Source: Escherichia coli (GTDB lineage: Bacteria; Pseudomonadota; Gammaproteobacteria; Enterobacterales; Enterobacteriaceae). From it: a DNA stretch of 64,000 nucleotides. A model generated the notes under the pieces. It made no database searches, was not told the origin of the DNA, and saw nothing but the letters and a program-made list of their open reading frames with translations. The DNA lies in assembly GCF_001677475.2 (NCBI RefSeq), contig NZ_CP015229.1; one strand, 5' to 3'. Shown here piece by piece: positions 12,196-24,479 of this stretch (position 1 is its first letter; each line of letters opens with the position of its first letter). A program made the translations under genes and the position numbers.

Positions 12196-12425
12196 TCACG
12201 AAAATCCAGTACCCGGCTATTGTAACGTGTTTTTCGACTTCTTTTACGGGAATATCAGTAAACACAATCGCGATCGCGAAATTAATTCACAACAATTCAA
12301 GAGCTTCATTTTTTTGGAAGTCGCCTCGCAGAAGGCACAGATCGCGTAGTGAAAGCACTTGCATTGCCTCATAGCTCTTTTACCATTAGTTATTAATACG
12401 CCGTTAAGCAACTCAGGACTCTATT

Positions 12426-13406
12426 ATGGCTTTTACACCTTTTCCTCCCCGTCAGCCTACGGCTTCTGCCCGTTTACCGCTGACGCTGATGACGCTTGAT
12501 GACTGGGCGCTTGCCACCATTACTGGCGCGGACAGCGAAAAATATATGCAGGGTCAGGTGACAGCAGATGTCAGCCAGATGACAGAAAATCAGCATCTGC
12601 TCGCCGCCCATTGCGACGCCAAAGGTAAAATGTGGAGCAATTTACGTCTGTTCCGCGACGGCGATGGCTTTGCATGGATTGAACGGCGCAGCGTGCGTGA
12701 ACCGCAGCTGACTGAACTGAAAAAATATGCGGTGTTCTCTAAAGTGACCATCGCGCCAGACGACGAGCGTGTGCTGCTTGGTGTTGCCGGTTTTCAGGCG
12801 CGCGCCGCGCTGGCCAATCTCTTTAGTGAACTGCCTTCGAAAGAAAAACAGGTAGTTAAAGAAGGCGCGACCACTTTGCTATGGTTTGAACACCCGGCAG
12901 AACGTTTCCTGATCGTAACCGATGAAGCTACTGCCAATATGCTGACCGATAAACTGCGCGGTGAAGCGGAACTGAACAATAGCCAACAGTGGCTGGCATT
13001 AAACATTGAAGCGGGTTTCCCGGTGATTGATGCCGCGAACAGCGGGCAGTTTATCCCACAGGCGACCAATCTCCAGGCGCTGGGCGGTATCAGCTTTAAG
13101 AAAGGCTGTTATACCGGACAAGAGATGGTGGCGCGAGCAAAATTCCGTGGTGCCAATAAACGTGCGCTCTGGTTGCTGGCAGGTAGTGCCAGCCGACTGC
13201 CGGAAGCTGGTGAAGATTTAGAGCTGAAAATGGGCGAGAACTGGCGTCGCACCGGTACGGTGCTGGCTGCGGTAAAACTGGAAGATGGTCAGGTCGTGGT
13301 ACAGGTCGTCATGAATAACGATATGGAACCGGACAGCATCTTCCGCGTGCGTGACGATGCGAATACATTGCATATCGAGCCGCTGCCGTATTCGCTCGAA
13401 GAGTAA
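12426..13406 (+). CDS. ygfZ: folate-binding Fe-S cluster repair/tRNA modification protein YgfZ, 326 aa
   Basis: ORF 12426..13406; GcvT-like fold sequence with KGCYTGQE motif. Confidence 0.9.
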   Translation: MAFTPFPPRQPTASARLPLTLMTLDDWALATITGADSEKYMQGQVTADVSQMTENQHLLAAHCDAKGKMWSNLRLFRDGDGFAWIERRSVREPQLTELKKYAVFSKVTIAPDDERVLLGVAGFQARAALANLFSELPSKEKQVVKEGATTLLWFEHPAERFLIVTDEATANMLTDKLRGEAELNNSQQWLALNIEAGFPVIDAANSGQFIPQATNLQALGGISFKKGCYTGQEMVARAKFRGANKRALWLLAGSASRLPEAGEDLELKMGENWRRTGTVLAAVKLEDGQVVVQVVMNNDMEPDSIFRVRDDANTLHIEPLPYSLEE

Positions 13407-13413
13407 ATCTCTG

Positions 13414-13448
13414 TGTCGCATCAGGCATTTATCGCCTGATGCGACACG
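13414..13448. terminator. long perfect hairpin between convergent ygfZ and yqfA
   Basis: GTGTCGCATCAGGC / GCCTGATGCGACAC, 14-bp perfect stem with a 7-nt loop; arms contain the REP-like GCCTGATGCG motif. Confidence 0.6.
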
Positions 13449-13482
13449 GGTGTGTCTTTTCAGGCCTACAAAGGCACACCCA

Positions 13483-14145
<663 letters not shown>

Positions 14146-14305
14146 TTACTCCGGAGAAACGTACACGCACATGTATACCTCTCCAGCGTAACTGAGAATA
14201 GTTCCAGTGAACACCTGTTAGCTAAAATAAATTCTGATTTGAGACTAATCTCCGAAAAATCAGGAAATTAAATGCGAAATTTCAACTAACAGGCGTGAGT
14301 TCAAT

Positions 14306-14617
14306 TTAAAGGCATTTAAATTCAATCACATAAAACTGTGTCTGGCCGGGATAGATATCGGCAATGACCTTTTTCAGATCAGTCAGGGGCATATTTTCCT
14401 GCTCTGCATGTTTTTCCGTCAGTGTATCCAGCGTTACGGTTGAGGTTGCGGTGACTTCAATCGTGCAAAAATAACCGTCATCTTCAAAACGTCCGACACG
14501 AAGCACATCACCCGTTTTGAAGTGCGATTCAGACTCGTCGCGGATGGTGATGGTTTTACGCCCAGCCAGAATGTCATCCTGGAAACGTTGAAAAAAAGTG
14601 ATGTCGTTTGGCTGCAT
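14306..14617 (-). CDS. yqfB: ASCH-domain protein YqfB, 103 aa
   Basis: ORF 14306..14617; matches the K-12 length and position, divergent from bglA. Confidence 0.85.
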   Translation of the reverse strand: MQPNDITFFQRFQDDILAGRKTITIRDESESHFKTGDVLRVGRFEDDGYFCTIEVTATSTVTLDTLTEKHAEQENMPLTDLKKVIADIYPGQTQFYVIEFKCL

Positions 14618-14634
14618 GGTACTATTTCCTGTAA

Positions 14635-16095
<1,461 letters not shown>

Positions 16096-16106
16096 GTAGA
16101 TGAAGT

Positions 16107-16139
16107 ACCGGATGCAATGCTTGTTGCGTTGCATCCGGT
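16107..16139. terminator. hairpin between convergent bglA and ygfF
   Basis: ACCGGATGCAA ... TTGCATCCGGT, 11-bp stem. Confidence 0.55.
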
Positions 16140-16156
16140 CAGACAACTTTCCTGCT

Positions 16157-16900
16157 TTATTTCCCGCCCGCCAAATCGATAAAACTTCCCGTGACATAAG
16201 AGGCTTTATCACTAAGCAGCCAGACAATGGCCTGCGCGACCTCTTCCGCCTGTCCGCCGCGCTGCATGGGGATGTTCGACTTAACGCGATCGACGCGTCC
16301 GGGTTCACCACCGCTGGCATGCATTTCGGTATAAATAAACCCAGGCCGCACGCCGTTAACGCGAATGCCCTGCGCGGCGACTTCCAGCGATAATCCGGTG
16401 GTTAACGTATCAATCGCCCCTTTCGATGCCGCATAATCAACGTATTCTCCGGGTGATCCCAGCCTGGCTGCTACCGAAGAAACATTGACGATAGCGCCGC
16501 CACTGCCGCCGTTTTTCAGCGCCATGCGTTTTACCGCCTCGCGGCAGCAGAGAAAATAACCCGTCACGTTGGTGGAAAGTACTTGGTTGATTCGCTCTGC
16601 CGTGAGATTTTCCACTGTGCATTGGGTAAACAATATTCCTGCGTTATTGACCAGCGCGGCTAACGGTTCATCACGCTGATCGATTGCTGTAAACATTGCG
16701 ATAACCTGATTTTCGTCGCTGATATCCGCCTGGAGCACAAATGCCTTGCCACCGGCTTGCGTTATTAAGTTCACCACTTCCTGCGCCGCGTGGAGGTTTT
16801 GCTGATAATTAACCGCCACCGTATACCCTTCTTTTACCAGCAGCAGCGCAGTTGCCCGCCCAATGCCGCGACTACCACCGGTCACAAGTGCTATAGCCAT
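16157..16900 (-). CDS. ygfF: short-chain dehydrogenase/reductase, 247 aa
   Basis: ORF 16157..16900; TGGSRGIG Rossmann motif and YAASK catalytic motif. Confidence 0.9.
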   Translation of the reverse strand: MAIALVTGGSRGIGRATALLLVKEGYTVAVNYQQNLHAAQEVVNLITQAGGKAFVLQADISDENQVIAMFTAIDQRDEPLAALVNNAGILFTQCTVENLTAERINQVLSTNVTGYFLCCREAVKRMALKNGGSGGAIVNVSSVAARLGSPGEYVDYAASKGAIDTLTTGLSLEVAAQGIRVNGVRPGFIYTEMHASGGEPGRVDRVKSNIPMQRGGQAEEVAQAIVWLLSDKASYVTGSFIDLAGGK

Positions 16901-16916
16901 TTGTTTTCCCCAAAAA

Positions 16917-17106
16917 TAAAGGCGCCGAAGCGCCTTTCAAATTGATGACAAAGTGCGTTTTTATGCCGGATGCGGCGTGAACGCCTTATCCAGCCTACAA
17001 GATCGTGCAAATTCAATACATTGCAGAGACCATGTAGGCCTGATAAACGAAGTGCATCAGGCAATGTTGAGTTTGTCATCAGCCTCAAAGGCGCCGAAGC
17101 GCCTTT
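16917..17106. repeat. REP pair (BIME/RIP-like): two inverted REP units with a linker, bracketed by duplicated hairpin AAAGGCGCCGAAGCGCCTTT
   Basis: REP unit TGCCGGATGCGGCGTGAACGCCTTATCCAGCCTAC (about 16964-16998) and inverted unit TGCCTGATGCACTTCGTTTATCAGGCCTAC (about 17033-17064); identical 20-bp hairpins at 16918-16937 and 17087-17106. Confidence 0.8.
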
Positions 17107-17128
17107 AGAAGATAGTCGAATCAGTAAA

Positions 17129-20002
17129 TTACTGGTATTCGCTAATCGGTACGCAGGAGCAGAACAGGTTACGGTCGCCGTAAACATCATCCAGACGTTT
17201 CACTGTTGGCCAGTATTTGTCTGCCACGCCTGCCGGGAATACTGCAACGTCACGGCTGTACGGATGCGCCCACTCGGCGACCAGTTCGCTCTGAATGTGC
17301 GGCGCGTTCACCAGCGGGTTATCTTCCAGCGGCCAGACACCAGCTTTCACCTGTTCAATTTCTGCGCGGATAGCCAGCATAGCGTCGATAAAGCGATCCA
17401 GTTCCACTTTGCTTTCAGATTCAGTCGGTTCAACCATCAGCGTACCCGCCACCGGGAACGACATCGTCGGCGCGTGGAAACCGTAGTCGATCAGGCGCTT
17501 GGCAATATCCAGCTCGCTGATGCCGGTTTCTTCTTTCAGCGGGCGAATATCGAGAATACATTCGTGCGCCACGCGACCGTCGCGACCGGTATACAGCACC
17601 GGGAAGGCATCCTGCAGGCGGCTGGCAATATAGTTGGCGTTAAGAATTGCCACCTGGCTTGCTTTTTTCAGCCCTTCTGCGCCCATCATGCGGATGTACA
17701 TCCAGCTGATTGGCAGAATGGATGCGCTACCGAACGGTGCCGCAGAAACCGCGCCCTGACGGGTTAACATGCCTTCGATTTGCACCACGCTATGACCCGG
17801 TACAAACGGTGCCAGATGCGCTTTCACACCGATCGGTCCCATACCCGGACCACCACCGCCGTGCGGAATGCAGAAAGTTTTATGCAGGTTAAGGTGCGAA
17901 ACATCCGCGCCAATAAAGCCCGGCGAAGTGATACCAACCTGAGCGTTCATGTTCGCGCCATCAAGGTAAACCTGACCACCGAACTGATGCACGACTTCAC
18001 ACACCTCACGGATCGTTTCTTCATACACGCCGTGGGTGGAAGGATAGGTCACCATGATACAGGAGAGGTTATCGCCCGCCTGTTCCGCTTTCGCGCGCAG
18101 ATCAGTCAGATCGATGTTGCCGTTTTTATCACACGCCACAACCACCACCTGCATTCCTGCCATATGTGCAGAAGCGGGGTTAGTTCCGTGCGCAGAAGCC
18201 GGGATCAGGCAGATATCGCGATGCCCTTCGTTGCGGCTTTCATGATAATGACGAATCGCCAGCAGGCCCGCATATTCGCCCTGTGCGCCAGAGTTCGGCT
18301 GCATACAAACGGCGTCGTAACCGGTCAGTTTCACCAGCCAGTCAGCCAACTGCGCAATCATCTGCTGATAACCTTCGGCCTGTTCCGGCGGGCAGAACGG
18401 GTGCAGTTCGGCAAATTCCGGCCAGGTGATTGGGATCATCTCGGCGGCGGCGTTCAGTTTCATGGTGCAGGAACCCAGCGGGATCATCGCCTGATTCAGC
18501 GCCAGATCTTTACGCTCCAGCGAGTGCATATAGCGCATCATTTCGGTTTCGCTGTGGTAGCGATTAAACACCGGATGAGTGAGGATTTCGTCGTCGCGCA
18601 GCATCGCAGGCTGAATAGAGCGGCTGTCGTGAGCCACGTCTTTGTCCAGCGTGTCGATCTCCAGCCCGTGGTTATCGCCCAGCAGCACGCTGAAAAGCTG
18701 CATCACGTTTTCACGCGTGGTGGTTTCATCAAGGGTGATCCCAACCGCGTTCAGGATATCGCTACGCAGGTTGATTTCAGCCGCTTCGGCACGCGTCAGT
18801 ACGCCCGCTTTGTCGGCCACTTCCACACACAAGGTGTCGAAATAGTGCGCATGACGCAGTTTCAGACCTTTTTGTTGCAGGCCCGCCGCCAGGATATCGG
18901 TCAGACGGTGGATGCGGTTAGCGATACGTTTCAGGCCCACCGGGCCGTGATAAACGGCATACAGGCTGGCGATGTTTGCCAGCAGTACCTGGGAAGTACA
19001 AATGTTGGAGTTCGCTTTCTCACGGCGAATATGTTGCTCGCGAGTCTGCATCGCCATGCGCAGCGCGGTATTGCCAGCTGCATCTTTCGATACACCGATA
19101 ATACGGCCCGGCATTGAGCGTTTGTATTCATCTTTCGCCGCAAAGAATGCCGCGTGTGGGCCTCCGTAGCCCATCGGCACGCCGAAACGTTGCGCCGAAC
19201 CAAAGACAATATCCGCGCCCTGTTTACCCGGCGCAGTTAACAGCACCAGCGCCATAATATCGGCGGCAACGCTGACCACGATTTTGCGTGATTTCAGTTC
19301 GCTGATAAGCGCAGTATAGTCGTGGATTTCACCGGTAGTGCCGACCTGCTGTAACAGCACGCCGAAGACGTCCTGATGATCGAGCACTTTTTGCGCGTCA
19401 TCGACAATCACTTCAAAACCAAAGGTTTCGGCACGAGTACGGACCACATCCAGCGTTTGCGGATGCACATCGGAAGCCACGAAGAAGCGGTTGGCATTTT
19501 TCAGTTTGCTGACGCGTTTCGCCATCGCCATTGCTTCGGCGGCAGCAGTGGCTTCGTCAAGAAGAGAAGCCGATGCCATATCCAGCCCGGTTAAATCCAG
19601 CGTTACCTGCTGGAAGTTGAGCAGTGCTTCAAGGCGGCCCTGGGAGACTTCAGGTTGATACGGAGTATACGCGGTATACCAGCCCGGATTTTCCAGCATG
19701 TTACGCAGGATAACCGGCGGTAACTGCACGGCGGTGTACCCCATGCCGATGTAAGACGTGAAGCGTTTATTGCGACTGGCAATAGCCTTGAGTTCTGCCA
19801 GTGCGGCGTATTCGGTCGCCGGTGCGCCAACCTGCGGCGGAGTCGCAAGCTGAATATCTTTCGGCACAATCTGGCCGGTCAGCGCGTTTAACGATTGTGC
19901 GCCAACGGCATTCAGCATTTCTTGCTGTTGCGCGGCGTCCGGTCCGATATGGCGTTCAATAAAAGCGCCGCTGTTTTCAAGCTGGCTTAACGTCTGTGTC
20001 AT
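17129..20002 (-). CDS. gcvP: glycine dehydrogenase (decarboxylating), glycine cleavage P protein, 957 aa
   Basis: ORF 17129..20086; start at [11 protein letters not shown] (ATG 20002..20000) gives the K-12 length. Confidence 0.95.
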   Translation of the reverse strand: MTQTLSQLENSGAFIERHIGPDAAQQQEMLNAVGAQSLNALTGQIVPKDIQLATPPQVGAPATEYAALAELKAIASRNKRFTSYIGMGYTAVQLPPVILRNMLENPGWYTAYTPYQPEVSQGRLEALLNFQQVTLDLTGLDMASASLLDEATAAAEAMAMAKRVSKLKNANRFFVASDVHPQTLDVVRTRAETFGFEVIVDDAQKVLDHQDVFGVLLQQVGTTGEIHDYTALISELKSRKIVVSVAADIMALVLLTAPGKQGADIVFGSAQRFGVPMGYGGPHAAFFAAKDEYKRSMPGRIIGVSKDAAGNTALRMAMQTREQHIRREKANSNICTSQVLLANIASLYAVYHGPVGLKRIANRIHRLTDILAAGLQQKGLKLRHAHYFDTLCVEVADKAGVLTRAEAAEINLRSDILNAVGITLDETTTRENVMQLFSVLLGDNHGLEIDTLDKDVAHDSRSIQPAMLRDDEILTHPVFNRYHSETEMMRYMHSLERKDLALNQAMIPLGSCTMKLNAAAEMIPITWPEFAELHPFCPPEQAEGYQQMIAQLADWLVKLTGYDAVCMQPNSGAQGEYAGLLAIRHYHESRNEGHRDICLIPASAHGTNPASAHMAGMQVVVVACDKNGNIDLTDLRAKAEQAGDNLSCIMVTYPSTHGVYEETIREVCEVVHQFGGQVYLDGANMNAQVGITSPGFIGADVSHLNLHKTFCIPHGGGGPGMGPIGVKAHLAPFVPGHSVVQIEGMLTRQGAVSAAPFGSASILPISWMYIRMMGAEGLKKASQVAILNANYIASRLQDAFPVLYTGRDGRVAHECILDIRPLKEETGISELDIAKRLIDYGFHAPTMSFPVAGTLMVEPTESESKVELDRFIDAMLAIRAEIEQVKAGVWPLEDNPLVNAPHIQSELVAEWAHPYSRDVAVFPAGVADKYWPTVKRLDDVYGDRNLFCSCVPISEYQ

Positions 20003-20120
20003 GAGCGATGGTTCCTGAAACGTGCAGTGAATTGTGAACCTCTCTCCTTGCGAAGAGAGTGAGGGTGAGGCGTAAAAGTTCCTCACCCTGATCCTCTCCC
20101 GCAGAAGAGGAATAAAGCCG

Positions 20121-20510
20121 TTACTCGTCTTCTAACAATGCTTCGTATGCGGTCGCATCCAGCAGTGATTCCAGTTCGCTTTCATCGCTGGCTTTGATTT
20201 TGAAAATCCAGCCGCCTGCATACGGTTCGCTGTTCACCAGTTCCGGGGAATCGCTCAGTGCGTCGTTTACCGCCACGATTTCACCGCTTACTGGCGCATA
20301 AATGTCTGACGCCGCTTTTACTGATTCGGCAACCGCGCAGTCATCGCCCGCGCTAACCGTTGCGCCCACTTCCGGCAGGTCAACAAACACCATATCGCCT
20401 AACAGCTCCTGGGCATGTTCGGTGATACCAACGGTGTAAGTGCCGTCGGCTTCTTTACGCAGCCATTCGTGTTCTTTGCTGTATTTCAGTTCTGCTGGTA
20501 CGTTGCTCAT
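20121..20510 (-). CDS. gcvH: glycine cleavage system H protein (lipoyl carrier), 129 aa
   Basis: ORF 20121..20513; lipoyl-lysine motif ESVKAAS. Confidence 0.95.
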
Positions 20511-20533
20511 CAATCAATCTCCAAAAAAGTAAA

Positions 20534-21628
20534 TCACGCGACGGCTTTACCGTTACGCACAAAAACAGGTTTCGTCACTTTAACCGGCATTTCACGGTTG
20601 CGAATTTGCACAATCGCTGTTTCACCAATACCTTCCGGCACGCGCGCCAGCGCAATGCTGTAACCCAGCGTCGGGGAGAAAGTACCGCTGGTGATAATGC
20701 CTTCATGCTGGTTGCCCTGCGCATCGGTAAAGCGTACCGGCAGTTCATTACGCAGCACGCCTTTTTCGGTCATCACCAGACCAACCAGTTTTTCTGTGCC
20801 ATGCTCACGCTGCACTTCCAGGGCTTCACGACCGATAAAGTCACGATCTGCCGGTTCCCAGGCGATAGTCCAGCCCATGTTGGCGGCTAACGGAGAAATG
20901 GTTTCGTCCATCTCCTGACCATAAAGATTCATACCCGCTTCCAGACGCAGCGTGTCACGCGCGCCCAGGCCGCATGGCTTAACGCCCGCTTCCACCAGCG
21001 CACGCCAGAAATCGGCCGCTTTTTCATTGGGCAGCGCAATTTCATAGCCCGCTTCACCGGTATAACCAGTGGTGGCAATAAACAGATCGCCCGCCTGCAC
21101 GCCAAAGAACGGTTTCATCCCTTCCACCGCCTGACGCTGGGCGTCATTAAACAGTGTGGCAGCTTTTGCCTGCGCATTCGGCCCTTGTACGGCAATCATG
21201 GAAAGGTCATCACGAACGGTAATTTCGATGCCGAAAGGTTCAGCGTGTTGGGTGATCCAGGAGAGGTCTTTTTCGCGGGTGGCGGAGTTAACAACGAGGC
21301 GGAAGAAATCTTCAGTAAAATAGTAGACGATGAGATCATCTATCACACCGCCAGAGGCATTCAACATCCCCGAGTAAAGGGCTTTGCCGCTTTTGGTGAG
21401 TTTCGCCACATCGTTCGCCAGCAGATAACGCAGAAACTCCCGGGTGCGGCTGCCGCGGAGATCGACGATGGTCATATGTGACACATCAAACATTCCGGCA
21501 TCGGTACGTACCGCATGATGTTCGTCGATTTGCGAACCGTAATGCAGCGGCATCATCCAGCCGTGGAAATCCACCATGCGAGCGCCGCAAAGCGTGTGTT
21601 GTTCGTACAAAGGAGTCTGTTGTGCCAT
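20534..21628 (-). CDS. gcvT: aminomethyltransferase, glycine cleavage T protein, 364 aa
   Basis: ORF 20534..21628; first gene of gcvTHP. Confidence 0.95.
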
Positions 21629-21990
21629 CTTGTCCTCATTGAATAAGCGGGGCTGACAACTTTTTCATGGCGAAATTATCACCACGAAACCCAGCATCGG
21701 GGCCACTCCCGGTCCCCAACGCAATCGTTCTCTTTTGTCTGAACTTACCACCGAAACAGACTGTTAACCATAAGGTAAAATTGATCATCACATTAGCTTA
21801 TGGTTAAAAAACGCCAAAATCGCAACAGAATAAAAAACCAAAAAACACACCAGTTTCTATACAAAGATGATGCTATTAGAAAGTTAATTTGAATAAGGCA
21901 ATATTAAGAACTGAAAAAATGTCAAAAAATACTAAATCAAAAAATCATGGCATTAGAAAATATAATGCGAAAACGGAGGTGAAATTAGTT
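21629..21990 (-). promoter_or_regulatory. gcvTHP promoter and upstream control region
   Basis: About 450 bp of AT-rich non-coding DNA upstream of gcvT; in K-12 this region holds the gcvT promoter and the GcvA/Lrp/PurR sites. Individual sites not mapped here. Confidence 0.5.
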
Positions 21991-22000
21991 TATTTCAAAT

Positions 22001-22032
22001 GAGGAAAATCTCCCGGCGAAAAAACCGGGAGA
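22001..22032 (-). terminator. intrinsic terminator downstream of ubiI (end of pepP-ubiH-ubiI unit)
   Basis: Perfect 8-bp stem TCTCCCGG/CCGGGAGA with 8-nt loop, followed on the minus strand by TTTTCCTC. Confidence 0.7.
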
Positions 22033-22075
22033 TGAAAGTGTGATGGGTATCAAATAAACAACAGAGGAAAAATTT

Positions 22076-23278
22076 TTAACGCAGCCATTCAGGCAAATCG
22101 TTTAATCCCATTGCCTGGCGGATAAGTTGCGGCTTAACGCCAGGAAGCGTGTCGGCCAGTTTCAAACCAATATCACGCAGCAGTTTTTTCGCCGGATTGG
22201 TACCGGAAAACAGATCGCGGAATCCCTGCATACCAGCCAGCATCAGCGCCGCACTGTGCTTGCGGCTACGCTCATAGCGACGCAGATAAATGTACTGCCC
22301 GATGTCTTTCCCCTGACGATGCAACCGTTTCAGTTCAGCAATCAGCTCTGCAGCATCCATAAAGCCGAGATTTACCCCCTGCCCCGCCAGCGGGTGAATG
22401 GTATGCGCGGCGTCGCCCACCAGCGCCAGACGATGCGCGGCAAACTGGCGCGCATAACGCCCCGTCAGTGGGAACACCTGACGCGCGCTCTCAACCTTGC
22501 ATAAGCCAAGGCGATTATCAAAAGCGATATTTAACGCGCGATTAAATTCGTCTTCACTTGCCTGCTGCATCCGCTGCGCTTCCTCTGGCGACAGTGACCA
22601 GACAATCGAGCAAAGATGCGGATCGCTAAGCGGTAAAAAGGCCAGAATGCCTTCGCCATGGAAAACCTGCCGCGCCACCGCATCATGCGGTTCTTCCGTG
22701 CGAATGGTCGCTACCAGCGCGTGATGCTGATAATCCCAGAAAGTCAGCGGAATATCGGCTTTGTTGCGCAACCAGGAATTAGCGCCGTCCGCGCCAATCA
22801 CCAGGCGCGCCGTTAACATGCTGCCATCTTTCAGCGTCAGGAAGGTTTCGTTTTCTCCCCAGGCGACCTGCTGTAATTCTGCGGGGGCCAACAGAGTGAT
22901 ATCTGACGACTGATGCGCTTTGTTCCACAGCGCGTAGTGAATCACTGAGTTTTCAACGATATGCCCAAGATGGCTATAGCCCATGCTTTGATCGTCAAAC
23001 GAAATGTGACCAAAACTGTCTTTGTCCCACACTTCCATGCCGTGATAGCAGCTGGCCCTACGAGCGAGAATGTCCTGCCAGACGCCAAGACGGGTGAGTA
23101 ATTTTTCGCTGGCGGCATTGATAGCCGAAACGCGCAGTTGTGGTGGTGCATCCGCCGCCAGAGGTTCCGGTACGCGCTGCTCCAGTACGGCAACGCGTAA
23201 GCCGCTACCCTGTAAGCCGCAGGCAACCGCCAGCCCCACCATGCCGCCGCCAACAATGGCTACATCAACACTTTGCAT
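22076..23278 (-). CDS. ubiI: FAD-dependent 2-octaprenylphenol hydroxylase UbiI (VisC), 400 aa
   Basis: ORF 22076..23278; N-terminal GGGMVG FAD-binding motif. Confidence 0.9.
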   Translation of the reverse strand: MQSVDVAIVGGGMVGLAVACGLQGSGLRVAVLEQRVPEPLAADAPPQLRVSAINAASEKLLTRLGVWQDILARRASCYHGMEVWDKDSFGHISFDDQSMGYSHLGHIVENSVIHYALWNKAHQSSDITLLAPAELQQVAWGENETFLTLKDGSMLTARLVIGADGANSWLRNKADIPLTFWDYQHHALVATIRTEEPHDAVARQVFHGEGILAFLPLSDPHLCSIVWSLSPEEAQRMQQASEDEFNRALNIAFDNRLGLCKVESARQVFPLTGRYARQFAAHRLALVGDAAHTIHPLAGQGVNLGFMDAAELIAELKRLHRQGKDIGQYIYLRRYERSRKHSAALMLAGMQGFRDLFSGTNPAKKLLRDIGLKLADTLPGVKPQLIRQAMGLNDLPEWLR

Positions 23279-23300
23279 TGTTTATTCCTTAAAACCGCCT

Positions 23301-24479
23301 TCAACGCGCCACCCAACCGAGGGTGCGCTGCGCCAGCACATCGCGTGCCGGGGTGAATAATTCCATCGTCATCAGCCCGATGTTGCGCCCGACAACCAGC
23401 GGCGTCCAACGGTTGGCAAAAAGATGTACAAGGCTGTCCGTGACGCCAATGGTTGCTTCGCGATCGCTCTGTCGACGCTGCTGATAACGACACAATACGC
23501 CGTAATCACCCATGTCTTCTCCGCGCTCCTGCGCCTGAGTCAGGGTTTCCGCAAGACTCATGACATCTCGCATACCGAGGTTGAATCCTTGCCCGGCAAT
23601 TGGGTGCAGAGTTTGCGCCGCATTGCCCACCAGCACGGTACGATGGGTAATAGGTCTGGCGGCGCGGGTTAACGCCAGCGGATAAGCACTGCGTTTACCT
23701 GCGTGGGTAATTTTCCCAAGTCGCCAACCAAAGGCCGACTGGAGTTCACGGCAAAACTTCTCATCACTCCACGACAGCACCTCTTCGCGCCGTTCCAGTG
23801 GATGACACCAGACCAGCGAACAGCGTCCGTCAGACATCGGCAACATCGCCAGCGGGCCATGTTGTGTAAAGCGTTCAAAAGCGCGCCCTTCATGCGCAAC
23901 GGAAGTCGCAACGTTGGCAATCACAGCCAGTTGTTCGTAAGGCTCCTGCTGCCAGTCAACGCCGCACGCGGTGGCTAACGCTGAATGGGTGCCATCAGCG
24001 GCTACCAGCACGCGGCCCGTCAGCGTCTCGCCACTCTCCAGCGTCACTTCAACGTGACTCTGAGTACGGGCAACGTTAGCCACGCGATCCGGGCAATGCA
24101 GCGTTACGCCAGGTGCTTTTCGCAGCAATGCAAACAGCCGTTGCCCGACATTATGCAATTCGACAACCTGCCCCAGCGCCGCCAGTTGGTAATCTTCTGC
24201 GGCGAGGGTGACGAATCCGGCATGACCACGATCGCTGACATGCACGGTAGTGATGGCGGTTGCGCAATCAGCCAAAGATTGCCAGACGCCGATGCGCGCC
24301 AGTTGCTGACAGGTACCCGCCGCCAGCGCAATAGCTCGTCCATCAAAGCCCGGATGAGCATGTGACTCTGGTGCGGTCGCCTCAATTAAATGAACCGGCA
24401 GCGCCCCGTGACTTAACCGGGAAATAGCCAGCGCCAGCGTCGCGCCCGCCATGCCGCCACCGACGATGATTACGCTCAT
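23301..24479 (-). CDS. ubiH: 2-octaprenyl-6-methoxyphenol hydroxylase UbiH, 392 aa
   Basis: ORF 23301..24479; GGGMAG FAD motif; 4-nt overlap with the pepP stop. Confidence 0.9.
   Translation of the reverse strand: MSVIIVGGGMAGATLALAISRLSHGALPVHLIEATAPESHAHPGFDGRAIALAAGTCQQLARIGVWQSLADCATAITTVHVSDRGHAGFVTLAAEDYQLAALGQVVELHNVGQRLFALLRKAPGVTLHCPDRVANVARTQSHVEVTLESGETLTGRVLVAADGTHSALATACGVDWQQEPYEQLAVIANVATSVAHEGRAFERFTQHGPLAMLPMSDGRCSLVWCHPLERREEVLSWSDEKFCRELQSAFGWRLGKITHAGKRSAYPLALTRAARPITHRTVLVGNAAQTLHPIAGQGFNLGMRDVMSLAETLTQAQERGEDMGDYGVLCRYQQRRQSDREATIGVTDSLVHLFANRWTPLVVGRNIGLMTMELFTPARDVLAQRTLGWVAR

Noticed and set aside
17780-19117. 445-aa plus-strand ORF
   Set aside because: Antisense to gcvP; no start context; the His/Arg-rich translation is typical of reverse-frame artefacts.
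17129-20086. Longer upstream starts on the ORF track (gcvP 985 aa; also pepP 512 aa, epd 367 aa, pgk 408 aa, fbaA 387 aa, loiP 325 aa, argP 319 aa, uacT 525 aa)
   Set aside because: The extensions have no RBS and run into neighbouring genes or repeats; internal ATGs with Shine-Dalgarno sequences give the lengths known for the K-12 proteins.
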